This document shows positions 36,026 to 49,760 of a DNA stretch of 64,000 nucleotides, one piece after another. The stretch's first letter is position 1. The number at the start of each line of letters is the position of its first letter. Below the pieces are notes generated by a model that worked only from the letters and a program-made list of their open reading frames with translations, did not search any database and was not told the origin of the DNA. The translations under genes and the position numbers were made by a program. The stretch comes from Anthoceros angustus (lineage: Eukaryota > Plantae > Anthocerotophyta), in the NCBI GenBank assembly GCA_010909165.1, contig VJWM01000205.1, forward strand, positions 1 to 64,000, in the 5' to 3' direction.

Positions 36026-38678
36026 CTAGTTTAGCTGCACGTCGGAAAATACTCGTAGCTTCGAGTCCGCTCCACCGCTCACCAGGCAGTCCTCTTTCCA
36101 CCAGTCCGCCGAAAGAACCTGATGCAAGCCAACAACCATGTCAGCACGGAGCTGCCTTGGCCGGTCTTGTCGCGTGTGCACCACCACTAGTTTAAGACGG
36201 GAATCAGGACTCACCTTGTCTTCGTGGCCGACCAGGGTATGAAGCGGACTCTGCAGATCAGAGAGGGTAACCATGAGACATTTTTTCATCGGGTTCTACA
36301 GTCCAGGAAAATGATGCTAAATATGGCACAACCTTGCTGCGCGTATCCCACAGCTTCACCGTTCCATCATGGGAAGCTGAAAGTAAGTGGTGCCTCGAAC
36401 TTCTATGCCTGCAACCGTTGCTCTCTCCTTAGAATACGTTGAAGAGGACACAGAGAACCTGAACACCACAGTGAAGAGAGGCATACCACTTGCAAGCCGT
36501 GGTCCATGCTTTGTGTGCTAAAGGTCCCGACAGCTGCAAAGCCGGAGTCACCACCCCTGCCGGAATACCAAGAAACATCCCATAAACCCAAACTTTGCAA
36601 GTTACGCAAGAGCATGTTCAAGACAGAATGCCGACAGAATGACTGAACATAGATACTGTGTAAGGGTGCATACCTGGCATGCGAGGGTCCCAGATTCTGA
36701 GGACATTGTCTGCACCCCCTGCAGCCAACATAGCAGATCCTTCCCCGCCCACACTAAGGCAATGAAGAGCCGTTTTGCAATTCTGCATGAGCAAGCATGG
36801 TGATCTCGCCAGTTCTCAGGTGTGTTATAAGTAGAAAAAGTGTCCAAAAATTACCAGAGTAGTGCTGTTTACACCGGTCTCCACATCCCAGTTTCGTACA
36901 GAATGGTCCCATGACACGGAATATATTGACTCTGGCTCTTTCCACTCAACCGATGACACACATTGTGTATGTCCTTCGAGGGTCTTCCTGGCAGCAATTT
37001 CCTGGAGATTTTGCAGCATTTAGACACATCAGGGCTGTAGCTTCGTCTACAGGCGCCTCAGGGAACAATGACACACAAAAGTGCATGAGGAATGTCAAAA
37101 CAAACCTGAACATGATGTTCTTCAAAAGCACCTCCTTTGCTGCCAAGTCTTCTCCGTTTTGTTGCTCCAGGGTCAGCATCCTGATCTACTTCACCAGTTA
37201 CTGGCCAAAGCTTGATTGAACAGTCCCAAGAACCCGAACATATCTGGGATGTATACCATCACCACCGATAAGAGACTGGTTTATCTCCATTGCATAAAAC
37301 TGGGTAACAAGAATTTTGACTAGTGCACCTCATTGCCAGAAGGACTTGCAGCTACGGTTTGAACAGATGACTTATGTCCTTTAAAAACTTTCAGTGGTTG
37401 AACAGCTGACAGTGCTTCGTCATTGGGCAGTGCAGCCTACAGGTTAAAGCAAACATATGAGATGAGCAGCAGCATTGCCCTTTGCCTAATATTGAGCAGT
37501 TTCTGGCCAGCAAGAAGTTGAACTCAATACGAGTGTATACAAACTCACCTGCCAAAGCATCAATGTTCGATCCTTGGAAGCAGTAACCAGGCCTAGATCA
37601 TCATTACTATACCCTGAAGATTCCAAAACCGAAGAACAGAGACACAGCAGTTATCTACCATACAGAGAAACTGCTTACTCAGAGCAATCATATTGTTTAT
37701 ACATATAACCGACAATCAAACGTCTGCAACAATAAGACGTACCTGGGAGGGCAGCCACAGCAGTTATGCAATTCTTGTGGCCAGAAAATGTTGCAACGCA
37801 GGTTCCTTCTGCTCTCCAGGCCCTGCAAAGCCAGTCAGCTCCTTCAATCTTCATAGGTGCTCCTCTTCAAATGTTTCCAAAGGAATACACACAAACATGA
37901 TTTAGACTGAGGTACCTGGCAGAGCTGTCGTAAGAGCCTGTGATGACAAACCTGCAGAATTTGAGGACTAATGTCATGCCCAATCAAACCAAGTTCAGCA
38001 GAAAGGGGGCGACTAGCTGTCTGAAGAACACTGTTTCGCTACCAACAGAAGGACGAGGATAATAACAGATATCCTTTGCAACAGAACTGAATCTTAAAAC
38101 ATGCGACGCACCTAGAATTTGTACCATCCACAGAACTGACCCAGTCATCATGCACATGGGGTGCTTGAAGATGGGGAGGCGGTACAGCTGGTATGTACTC
38201 GATTGTCACTATGTTTTCCTGGTACATGCAACAACTGGTCTCTCAGTATGTACCCCCAGCCCATAGTACAACGAAGGTAATGCATCCGAAGACCATTAAA
38301 CCAGAAGAGCTATAATCTCAGCATAGATTGAACTCACGGTCGACAGTTTCTTAGACAGAAAGAATTCCCCCAACGACGTTCGAAGGAGCTCTCCATCGAC
38401 GAGAAAATCAAATGGTTTTGGGTTCTCTGCAATAATGGTCAAGACGAAACCTTAGAACCGGTTTGGACCCCAGGTCATCACAGAGCAGACGGAAGAGGGT
38501 GGCAGGTGCACACACCTAGGCCCAGCAGAGTATTCACAACTTCTGAGAGTCCATAACGCTTTAGATGAGCCCCGAGCATGAACGGGGTGTTGGTGACCCG
38601 TAACGAAGGTGGCAGCTTCGTGGTGAATCGCACCTGTACCTGCTTTCCCTCAGTCTCCATGGCCCTGCCGTCGTCCAT
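36026..38678 (-). CDS. WDR12: Ribosome biogenesis WD40 protein WDR12/YTM1 (NLE + WD40), multi-exon
   Basis: VQVRFTTKL..RYGLSEVVNTLLGL (NLE), IEYIPAVPPP..HDDWVSSVDG, TLEGHTQCVSSVEW..SVSWDHSVRNWDVETG, VLSADWWKEDCLVSGGADSKLRVF. Confidence 0.93.
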
Positions 38679-38858
38679 AGCCACTGAACGCTTGCCGGTT
38701 CAAGGGTTTAGGGCTTTACAACTGTCTGTTACTACCGTTGGAGCCTCTGCCTACTATGTACATGTAGGCACTACTTAATAAGAGTCCCTAGGCAATGAAA
38801 GTTCTAGATATAAGTCCTTTTAAGAGTCACGGAAATAGATCAAGAAAGGCCCGGTAAA

Positions 38859-39740
38859 ATGGATGCGGCGCCGGTGAGGTCGGCCAAGAATGGCAAGGGA
38901 TGCTGGGAACAAGGCACGTCATACAAGCGGCCTAGGTGTGAGGATCAAGAGCAGCTAGGGACTGATGCTGTTCAGCAGGAGAATGTCCGTAAAGTGCCAC
39001 ATTTCATCAACCAGGTTTGCGGGACAGCGAAGACTGTTAGTCAGAAGAAGGAAGACAGCCCAGACGATGTCACTGAATCCTGGGATGGCAGAAGTAAGGC
39101 GATGCAAGGGAGGGGAGAAGGCAAGCTCTTCTCCGTATTCTATCGGCCCAAGAAGACGGTCTATCTGGTCCGACACGCTCAGACGTGGCTCAAGAGATAT
39201 GTGGAGCCATCTTCCTCTGTGCTGGAGAGCTGCATGTTTGACCTGGCTCTCACCGCAGTAGGTGTTACCCAGGCTAGGGATCTCGGCGTCAAGCTCGCTT
39301 CTGTGAAAGCGGATGTGATTATTTCTTCACCGTTGACCCGGGCCCTAGAAACTCTGCAGTATGTTCTGCCATCGATGGAATCGGCTCAGAGCATACCCTG
39401 CCACATAACTGCAGTTCATACGGAGTATTTGCAGGTAAGCGGGGACGTGGGGAGACCACCAGAGGCCCTGGCCACAGATTTCCCGCAGTTTGACTTCAGC
39501 GACCTTGAGCCAGTATGGTGGTATTCGGATGGTAAGGCGCCTAATGATGCTTACTTGAAGAAGTTCCAGAAGAGGGAACCATTGCAATCTTTGATCAAGC
39601 GGATAGGCATGTTTAGGCGGTTCCTGGCTTCAAGGGCAGAAGCGACCATCATCGTGATCGGGCACTCCTCTTTCCTCATGAAGTTTCTGAGCGAAAAGAA
39701 GCGTCTGGCAAACTGTGAGTGGAGAAAGATTAAGATTTAG
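38859..39740 (+). CDS. Histidine phosphatase superfamily / phosphoglycerate-mutase-like protein, intronless, 293 aa
   Basis: VYLVRHAQ (RHG-type motif), LTAVGVTQA, IISSPLTRALET, IIVIGHSSFL, LANCE. Confidence 0.88.
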   Translation: MDAAPVRSAKNGKGCWEQGTSYKRPRCEDQEQLGTDAVQQENVRKVPHFINQVCGTAKTVSQKKEDSPDDVTESWDGRSKAMQGRGEGKLFSVFYRPKKTVYLVRHAQTWLKRYVEPSSSVLESCMFDLALTAVGVTQARDLGVKLASVKADVIISSPLTRALETLQYVLPSMESAQSIPCHITAVHTEYLQVSGDVGRPPEALATDFPQFDFSDLEPVWWYSDGKAPNDAYLKKFQKREPLQSLIKRIGMFRRFLASRAEATIIVIGHSSFLMKFLSEKKRLANCEWRKIKI

Positions 39741-40757
39741 TTTGAAGCAGCGAATTGCTCTACTTTTGCACTTATGTGCAGTCAATGGGCAAAGAGCTGA
39801 CAACAACAGAGGTCGTGTTCGAAACGGCTAGTTTGTCGTGTCTGCTGAGGGAGTTTGCCTCAATTTTACCAAACAAGTTGCAGCAGAGCCCGTTCTGCCA
39901 TGTAACAACGAGGATGCAGCATGACACACAAGCCGATCACAAGGCCTTCCGCCTTCATATCTTCAGGTCTGTAACGGGAACTGACTTTCATGCATTATTG
40001 CTTCTTCCCATCGTTAAACATTCTAGGCCCATACTGCAGGAAAAGTACAACCAATGAAACAAGATGGGATGACAGATGGCAAGAGTTGAAGAGATGCCCA
40101 AGTAGTGCCTGTCGGGGGCTCTTCCAGCACGCAGGTGAGGGCATCTCAGAACACCATAGTGGGAGCGGGTTGTCGTCAGGCCATCTGTGGTTGGAGGCAT
40201 ATGACTTTGCGTGCAAAGCTTACGAAGCTCACCGTAACGCAATATAGCTTATTACCTCACTTGATTGCCCGCGGTGCTTCCAAACAACGTGAGCTGCGAT
40301 GCACTCTACTACCCTCGAGATGGATCCTGTCAACTGCCACTGAAGGAAATAGGTTTCGTAGCGCTTCACATAGCTGCAGACCTAAGGAGAGGTCTGTAAG
40401 TGGAACTCCTTGCCAGTGGTCCAAAATGTGGGGGCATGCAACACTTGCCCATCCATTATCTTGATCAAACTTTGAAAACAGGGCTGTGCTAATCATCATT
40501 CCAACTTTTCTCCGTCGAAGTGATAAATTGGTTGAATCTGTTCATTGACGCTCGACGACTTACTTCTTCAACTGGCTCACCCATTCAAACGGGGCTTTAG
40601 ACCGTTTAGTCACCGTCGAACATGTTGCTACCGAGTATCCATAAGCTGCAAGGTGTATAACTTGCTTGAAATTTAAGCAGTTCAACGCCCCTCAAAAGCA
40701 TGGCTGACTCTTGCGAAAAGTCTCCCGTTGAGTCCCTCCCTTTTTAAGGATGGCAAC

Positions 40758-43525
40758 CTAAGGCCTTACATTCTCAACGTCTCCGCTGCCATCCTGTAGC
40801 CTCAATTGAAAATTGGTTTTTGGGTCCTTGCTCCTGTCCAACACTCCAGAGCTGGACCCAGCCGGATGAACCACGGCACCGGGGGTAGGCTGCATTCCAG
40901 TGGGCAAAGGCCGTGGAAGGCGAGATACATCTTGCCCAAAAGGATTCCTTGGTTGCTGCAAATTGAAATACTCAACTCGAGCTGCCTCTGTTGAATACTG
41001 GGAAGCTGTAAATAAGGAAGAGACCACATATTAGGTTCGCTATTCCATGATCGAGACATGTGAGCAGGATACCAACGACTTCCCACAGTGCAAACAGCAA
41101 CAGACAAACAAACAGACCTCTTTTTTTTCCCGACATCACAACTCGTTGAAGACAGTCTCGAAATTCGCAGAGTACTACATGCTCCAGCTCAGCGTACAAG
41201 CGGGCATCATAAGATGTCCTGCTGCTGTAAGGACCCTCGGAAGGAGAAGATGGTGCTGGGAACAGTGAGTACTGTTCATCACACATCAAAGCCAATGTTC
41301 CTGGTGACATGGGCCTGGCTGGACGTGCATCATCTGCTTCAGCTGCCTCTGCACCATTGGTCCTGGCATGGACCTCTGCTGTTACACTTCTAGCTATCTG
41401 CTCATGTCCATCTACGTCTACATTTCCCTCATCCGCATCCTTTGCACTATTTAAAGTGCTAGCAGATGCTGCCTCTTTACTGGAACCACTTCCTTTTTCA
41501 GGTAAGTTTTCTTGCAGGATGCCATGCTCAGCTGGATTGGAATAACCACAAAAACCAGGAACAATCAGCCTAGGATACACAGGATGCAGAGCATATGGTA
41601 ACTAAAAAGGACAGCTGATTGTGAGGTCCTCACTTGCAAACGCCTTCTCACGCTCAGCAGCCACAATGACTAGTAGCTTGCACAGATCTTGAATTACATC
41701 TGCTGATACTACTCCATACAAGAGTGATCTGCCCAATCCCCATACAAGTTGTAAGAACAAAGGGATATCAACTTGCAGCCATGCATAAATTCAACAGTCA
41801 AAGCGAGACACACCTGTACTCCACCTTTGTTGGTGATGAGGACACCACTGGTGTCCGAACAGCTGGCACTGATGAGCCGGTTGCAGCAGGGACTGGAGGG
41901 AGAAATTGTCTACTTGTACTTGGCTGCTGCAATTATGAGAATGAAACCATTAGACCAAAAGAAAAGGAGCAATGCAACAAAAACCATGTCGAAAGATCAC
42001 CATCAAGATCTTCACTAATATACACCTGCAGGGCCGGAGCTAAGGCTGGTCTTCGTAGAGGAACGGCTTCTTTAGGAAGAAGAGGAAAGCCGTCATTAGG
42101 TCTCCTCTTTTTCATTGGAGGTGAGGGAGAGTATCCAACAGGACCAACGGTCACAGGTACATTGACGTTTGAGGGGACATGCATACAATTCACAGAGGAC
42201 GGGTGATCTCCATGGAAGAGGGCTCGCCTTTCCTCGCTGCCCTCAAAATTTTTACAGTCAATGCACTTGCAGTTCTCCGAACACAAAATGTTGGCTTGGA
42301 AACATTCACAGTACTTTTTCAAGCATCCTGATTTTTTGCAATGGCAACCTTTGTTGTGCTTTCCAGCAAGTGGCTGTTCTCCATCCTCCTGCCACCATGC
42401 AAACCAACAAATAGGTCAGAAACTCAGCAGCTTATTTACGTAGCCAGTTCTCTGTAGCACCACGTACATATGCATATGCTTCATAACTGAAAGATGGACT
42501 AAGCTTATACCCGATTATCTCGGAGGGCGTTTGGACTGCTGGCAATTTTTGGCCGAAACGCATTCGGGTTACGTTCTAGAGTTGCTTCCACTGCCTCTTG
42601 TCTCACTAACTCGTTCTCCACATTGTTGCAGCAATTCACACAATTGCAGCCATCGCAGTAGGTACCAGAGGCAAAACACTCACAGTAACTGCAAAACCAA
42701 GGGCAGAAGAAGCCTCAAATGTTAGAGCTGTTTTGACACAAAAAGCAACCTTGCATCAGATGTCTGGGTTTAGGCCCGAAGACATGCTTCCGCACGTACT
42801 GAAAATCAGTCACAAAGGGCTGTAATGCACACACAGGTAAGCTGGCGACCATTCACTAACTTACAGCTTTAAACATCGTGAGTTCTTGCAATTGCATTGT
42901 TTGCATTTCTTCGGAGTGCCTTCCTTTGAATCAGGGTCGTATTGCACATTGGTTTTCCGAACCTTGTGTGCCCGAGTCTGGGGAAGACTGGACTGCGCTC
43001 CCTCAAAATTAGATCTTGCAGCTCGTGGAGAGCCGTGTTTCCTGAACAGCACAAAAGGGCAACAAGTTGTTTGATGCACCACAATGACTGCAACTGAATG
43101 TGATGCAAGAGCGTTGTCCATTCCATCAAACAAACTAACCAAGTGCTGCCAAGGACGAAAGGGAAAGGTCATATCACACAAGGATTATGGTGTGCCTCTA
43201 GTGTCTACAAGGGTATACTTGCGACAATGAGCACACAAATAGCAAACCCTACCGCCCCCGAGTCCAGGTCACCTTCCCAGACCAGCGCAAGAAATGCACT
43301 AACACACAAGGTCTACCTCGCAGGAGAGGTGACTGGCGAGGTGGGTCGGGTTCCATACATGCCAGATTGTCCAGACCGCACGGACGGATCGGAGGAGGCC
43401 CCGGTCCCGCCATACATGGATGTGAAGTCAAGCTGTCGCACCGGCTTCCTCGCGGGCTGATCCCCTTGCGCCTGTGGCGCGGGCGCAGCATGCGGAGACA
43501 GATTTGGTAGCTGCTGAGGCTCCAT
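40758..43525 (-). CDS. Tesmin/TSO1-like CXC (CPP/TCX) transcription factor, multi-exon
   Basis: [16 protein letters not shown]1 [16 protein letters not shown]|YC.., CXC2 [34 protein letters not shown], conserved [13 protein letters not shown] and [17 protein letters not shown]. Confidence 0.93.
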
Positions 43526-44881
43526 AGTGCAATTCTTTGGCACCAGCCTGGGGTAAGCCTCTCCTACTCCCAGGCCAGACTTGTGTCCACCCGCAGATCA
43601 AAGTGGCCAAGGAGAAATGCTCCAGCAGCGCCTGCATCCAGAGCGGCCAAAGGCATGCTACCACAGTCAGCGAACCCGATCTGTCAGCCCATGATCACCA
43701 AGCTTGCGAGATCTCGCTCCAATCCCACTGCTCCATCCAATTCCTGTTGCTTTCCTGCATGCTACCTACAGCATATATGTGCTCTCATGCCGTCGGCCGG
43801 ATGTCGCAACTTTGCACCACAGTTTCAAATTTGAATTTTGGACACGCCTAATTTTTAAATTTCAGGGCACGCAGCGACCCGCAGCCCTGAACAACACCCC
43901 GGGGATGTAAACCAAAGCACGGTGTCAGGATGTGCCGATCTTAAGCAGCCCTGCTGTCCCATGAGATTGCGACCTCAGAATAGGATACCGCCTGGGCAAT
44001 CTTCAATGGAGAAGCAAGCAGCCCACCAGGCCTCAGCTTGCCCCCTTCCGACGAAGGAGTGTGTGAAAGCAATACCAAAAGGACTTGCAAACAGACAATC
44101 AGTCGTCGCCAACTCCGTGTTCACATGATCCAGCTCCGTCCCGCGAGCCTCAGCCGACAGACCTAGATCTGCGCCACCCTCCACCTCAGCGCATGTCGGG
44201 TCCAGGCAGGGATGCCGCACATGGCGCCGCCTACAAGAGCGGCTGGGCAGAAATCCCCCAGAATCAGCAGGGGCGGTCTGGGGCTATGGCAGAGAGCAGA
44301 AAACAGCGCAATTTGGGCGAGATCTTAGAGCGGGCGGATGGAAACAGCTTCCGCGGGAGGGAAGCAGGGCAAAGGAAGGACCCAGAAAACCTTGCCCTTT
44401 CTGCCTGAGGAGGAGGAAGGAGAGGAGACGAGGAGCTCGAGGACTCGGCTGGAGGCCCTCCTACCAGTTGTTTCCGAACACAATTCGTGTGTGAGGTTTT
44501 GAAGGGGGGGGTAGCCGGGAAGTCAGACGTCACCACACAACAGTCAAATGCAACAAGAAGCGAAACTGGCATAAAAAGCATATGTATTTACGCAGTGCAG
44601 TTTATCGCAGTTCGTGAAACCATCTACCTAATAACATTTCGGCTAGGAATTACTGTACAGAGGCTGAACTCCTGCTGAGATGCCGACGCTGGAAACCCTT
44701 CCCGCCAACAATTCCCGGAACAAAATCATGCGGCCGATTCCTACGAAGTCCTGCGCACTCCCTCTAAACGCCAAAATCGGAATACCAGCAGTGAAGATTT
44801 TCCAGTGCGTTAAACCGAGATTTGCGTCCAGGATTATCACCCGTTCCGACAGTTCCGACCGAGTGTCCGCCAAGCCAAAAC

Positions 44882-47800
44882 TCATGCGCGGGGCTTTGAG
44901 CCCCTGCAGTACGTGCTCCCGCATCGACACACAAAAGCCTTCACAGGGTGGTTCACATCCTCGAAGTCGATTTGGTAATCCTGTTGCAAGACCCATAGAC
45001 CGATTTGTTAGAATAATTGCTACGGTAAGGTAGGCAAAGCTCATCGATGTAACAGGATAAATACCCAAGTGAGCTCCTGATTGGCTTTTACTTCGCGTGT
45101 TGTAAAAAACGCCACCTAGAGGAAAAAAAGCAACCAAGGCCAGTGTTGTTCTTAGGCAGCAAGATCACCGAGTATGAACTAACGACTCCCAAGATCAAGG
45201 CAAGGTTATACATGATAATAGTGGTGATCAGGGCTCTCGATCTCCACAGCAACGTCCAGCATATTGGAATCAAAGCACCTGTCAAACACGGACCGTTAGG
45301 AGGAAATGCTATCTCATGCCGAAGGGATCTTGAAGATGCTAAAATAATCTTCAAACAAATGGGATTACCTGTGATTAACAAATCTTGCCACATTTCCGAA
45401 GTAAGTCGCATCCAGACATAACGCCTCATTGTCTTCAAGGCTCTCTTCTGCGCCCCAGTCACCATCTAGATTGATTGGATAATGATGGAGGTGATCTTCA
45501 TTGCTTTTGTTTCGTCTATCGAGTTCTGTGTTGGTCAATATTTCACCAACATACTCACAGACAAATGCACCCTTAGGGAGATTTTCCAGGGTGCGCAAAC
45601 CCCAGCCCTTCCCTTCCGGAGTCCAAAATACCTGCAGAAAACAACATGCACATGGAAAACCTAGCAAATGACTTTCATTCACCAAGCAGTTCAGCCAATG
45701 TAGTTACAGCTTTCGCTTCTCCTGAACAAAAAGCCAAACCTCTGGGTCCGTAACATGGTAACCTCAAAGGAGACTTTACACACAAACTTGAGCACTTGAA
45801 AGCCCACATGACAGGCCTCATTTGCACTTGTGTGACTTCGTCCACTTTTCATTCACACAAAAGAGCACCACAGTACCTGCAACCTTCTTGTGATGCCTCG
45901 TTGCACGACTCGATTGCCACACAGCTTCACATTGCAGCGACACTTGTCCCAGCACTCTTTAATGAAAGGCCTTGAGTTATGGCCTCGGCATTTACCGCCA
46001 GTCTCCGCAAACGGACATGCTTTCAGACAAAACACAGGAACACTGCTCTTCTCCTCCCCTTTTTTCCTCCTCATGTACTGGTCAAGAATTGATTCTACCA
46101 GACATCCATCCTGTCCGTAAGCATATATGCCGCCTGTTCTGGCTGAACAATGGCAAGGTATTTCATGCTTCAGGCAGTCCCCTTCACAGTTACAGCAGTT
46201 TTCGTCATCTATTCTGGTCAAAGTGAACACAAGGAGGGCACTTTGATACACGACAGTTTTGGAAATGTACTGGAAGGAGGAAGGCAAACTTTCACTAGTG
46301 GAGTCATTGACCCACGAGATAGGAACGTTCTCACGTCCACAGGAGATGTCCTTCCTATCATGCTGGAACTCCACAGTGTCAGGACCTGCTTCCTCATACT
46401 CCATGCAGACAGGATCCGAAGCCTGAGAGATGGCATTGACCACAGCCGAGCCCTTCCCCTTTCCTTTCTTCTCGCTCTGTGTAGACTTCGCACTCAGCTT
46501 GCATTTGCTTTGCATGGCCCCATCCCTGTCCACTGAGGACTTCCTTTTGCCATTGGCCCCATTTGAACTGAGCGATGCTTCTCCCTTAGGTGTGACCTGA
46601 GATTTTAGTCGTTTGAATGCTGGCTTGCTTGGACAATCTATCTCAAAATTTGGGACCTCCATGTAAGAGTAATCCTGACACGACTTTGTCTCTGCCGCTA
46701 AATCTGATCCCGTCTTTCCATCAACAGCCATTGGGCAAGGTGGATCATCATCCACGTCATTGTAGATGTCTGCCAAAGCGACCAAAGCAGGCGGCAGTTC
46801 TTCTTTGTCTAACTGGACCTGGTTTGAAGATGCCAAGGGTGGATCAAGAACCGGCCCTTCCCCATTTTCTATGACATGATTGCATGGAGCCTCGAGTTCA
46901 GCTGATTCGATGTCCTTGTGTACGTCATGCTCCAAAACCATCTCGTTGGTTGCAAGGCTAACTAGCTCAGTTACGGCCTCATTTGCATCCACCTCCGTTG
47001 CTTTCCTATTATTTGGCTGTTTGGTTTCCATGCTCCCTGCAGCCCCCTTAGGAGCCAAATGTATCTCAAAAGCCGAAGCATCTACTTGCATGTCTGCAGG
47101 TTCAATTTTGACAGGAGCCGCATCTGCATTCAGAAGAGATGGTCATCAATTCAGTCGTAAAACGTCGGACATTCCTTGAGATGAGACCAGACAAACTCAA
47201 ATTTGCAATTTCTGAAACTGGAAAACTTGAAACACTGTGTTAAGGTGAGACAGCTCACTGTCTTCGTCATTGGAATGGTCACCGAACAGCTTTCCGTTGC
47301 TGATGGCCACATTTCCCTGCGGCCAAGAATGCTTGTGCGACGGCGAAGCACTGTGCAGCGCACCATTGAACACCTTTGCCTGTTCAAGACCCGGCGATTC
47401 CACAGAGGCAGCTGGATCAGTGCTCTGTCTGGCCATTTCCTTGGCATGAACACTTGTGTTATCAAGCTGTTGGACATGACTGGGGTCACTGATGGCGTCC
47501 GCTGGTTCGAGCTTCACTCTGACAGACTTCGAATTCCCTGAGCACCCTGGATCTTCTACTGGTTGAAAGGAGATAGTAGGGACAGTGGAAAACAACGGGC
47601 CAACCCGAAACCCGTGTGGCAAGTCGCTCTCTGGACCGTAAGTAGTGGAAGGCGCACGAATAGCAAGAGGCAAAGGCCCTGACACGGGCGAGCCATTATA
47701 GTTTCGTGCTGGTGATATCCGTGGAGGCGGTGAGGCCCGAACGACCATAGACGCCTGGTACTCAGCCGTGCCAGGTTCCAATTTTGGCTTTTTCAGCGGT

Positions 47801-48945
47801 GGCAGGGGCTCTGCAGCCGCACCTTTCCTTTTCTCCGGCATCCCATTGTCCTGTAACGCCGCCTGATCGTTAACAGTCTCTGCTCTCCAGCTCTCTGTTT
47901 CCCAAAGCCTCCCGTCTGCCGGAAGATCGTCTGAGCCTGCAACTGGTTCTGTCTGGCAGGAAGCCTCAGCTGTCTCCGGTGGCTCAATTTCCTCCAAACA
48001 TTGATTCCCCGTAACGATGAACTGCACTTTCACTAGCGGTACAGCCGGTTTGCGCTCTGGCAACTGTGAACTTCTTGCCTCGTTGCTTGGACCAGCCACA
48101 TCCACCTGCGTCTGCGTGCCTCTCGACTCCGTGCTACAGGGCGGTGGGGAAGTCTGCGAGCCTCGCTGATGCTGCTGGCAAGTCTCCTTACCTCTCCCTT
48201 CCACGCTCCGCTGCGGCGGAGCTTCCAGCTGGACTCCTCGCTTGTCCTCAGCTTGAGCTTGCTGCGTGCCCCTTCCATGCGGCGCCTGAACGTTATGAAC
48301 CGGCTGCGGCGCAGGACTCCGCTCACCGCCACGCTGTGGCTGAGAGAGGGACAAAGCTCTCCCCTCGGCGCCACGATGCGGCTGAGAGTGGGGCAAAGCT
48401 CTCCCCTCGGCGCCACGATGCGGCTGAGAGTGGGGCAAAGCTCTCCCCTCGGCGCCACGCTCGGGCTGAGGCTCCTGGGAGCTTCGACCGGTTCCCAATT
48501 CGTTGCGCCGGCGCAACCTTCTTCGGGGAGTATTGTGATCAACATCCGCATCAGCACGAGCATCACGCTCCTCCACCAGCACATCTTTCTTATTCGAATG
48601 CTTGTCTTGTTCACTGAAAAGCTCGTCGGCCAGCACCCTGTAGTTTTCAGCTTCTATAAACTCGAACGAGCCGTAAAGCTGCCGGTCATTGCAACAAGCA
48701 GGGTGAGAGAAAAGCAATTGCTTCTTTCTTCCACCGCAAAGCAAATTAAGGCCCCCGAGCCGCAAATCTTGGTGCCACAAGAAGAAGACAGCATGCATAT
48801 GCCGCAGTCGGGCGCATAAAGGACGAGCATGAAGCAATTGTATAGCGCAGAGACAGATTGGAGGCCTCAACAATCTCACCTTGGCCAGGCTGCGGAATTT
48901 GCGCAGCACCAGCTTCTCATCCAGCCCCAGCCGCGACATTGCCAT
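44882..48945 (-). CDS. SUVR1/2/4-type histone H3K9 methyltransferase (WIYLD - long linker - pre-SET - SET - post-SET)
   Basis: WIYLD-like AMSRLGLDEKLVLRKFRSLAK|LYGSFEFIEAENYRVLADELF. Pre-SET CCNCEGDCL..PCHC..KECWDKCRCNVKLCGNRVVQRG. SET GKGWGLRTLENLPKGAFVCEYVGEILTN..GNVARFVNHR, ELTW|DY, post-SET FVCRCGSTYCR. TGA at 44884-44882. Confidence 0.93.
48330..48470 (-). repeat. 42-bp coding tandem repeat, ~3.3 copies (SQPHRGAEGRALPH) in the SUVR linker
   Basis: Unit GGCTGAGAGTGGGGCAAAGCTCTCCCCTCGGCGCCACGATGC starting at 48338, 48380 and 48422. Confidence 0.92.
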
Positions 48946-49559
48946 AACAGCGCCCCTCTCGCGCTCCTCCCTACCCCGCGTCTGCCTCTCCCTCGCCGGG
49001 AAATTAGGCGCCATCGCTGCACCAAGCGGAGCAGCGGCTACACGGAGACTGAGAACAGCATGCGGCGCGTCTCGTGTTTGTGTGTGTGAGGGGGCGGCGG
49101 GGGCGGGGGCGGTGGGGACGGGGAAACGAGGGAGCGTTAAGACAGCCCACAGGACAGGCTGCGCGCTTCACGACCCGCTTGTCTAATTGCCGGCCAGTGC
49201 TAGCGTTTAATTTCTGGAGTTGGGTAGTCGTGAACTATGTACGTACACACCTATCTACATACAAGCAATGGAATGGATAATCCCAGCAGCGCTACGATTA
49301 TGTCCCAACTAACTCTACTAACATCGACTTTCAATCATTATTACCAAGTTGATATTATAGAGTTTATATTATATAATTATAATATTACCATAATATTTAT
49401 ATATCTTATAGTAATATATCTACTAGGTACTTCATTGTTTCAAAGGATTAAGTGTTATTCAAGCAGCCCTCCTTTGAAGGAGTGATAGACAAGAGTTAGT
49501 TGGAACTCTACAATTAAAAATACGGCGATGCATTTTCGCTTGGGTTTGGTCCAACTTTT

Positions 49560-49760
49560 GGCATGTTATCCTCGACCCCCCGGGTTGGGCTGCGGAAGGC
49601 TGCGCGATGGCTAAGGTCCACAAGTACTCTCATGTGCAGAAAGACCACACTTTTATCCCCCTCGCCATCGAGACTCACGAGACCATGGGTCGGGACTTCT
49701 CGAAGTTCCTCAAGGCCAGTGGGTGTCGATTGCCCTACGAAGGGCATTGGCAAACACGGT
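49560..49760 (+). mobile_element. Fragment of an RLE-type (CRE-like) non-LTR retrotransposon: C-terminal endonuclease end
   Basis: AKVHKYSHVQKDHTFIPLAIETHETMGRDFSKFLK resembles the K..KY....F.P.A.ET.G..G...FL signature of RLE elements (recognised by eye). Confidence 0.55.

Noticed and set aside
39755-40500. Short ORFs between the phosphatase and CXC genes
   Set aside because: No recognisable motif or consistent splice pattern; likely convergent 3' UTRs or intergenic DNA.
44643-45465. ORFs overlapping the SUVR 3' exons
   Set aside because: They are read-throughs of introns or alternative frames of the SET/post-SET exons.
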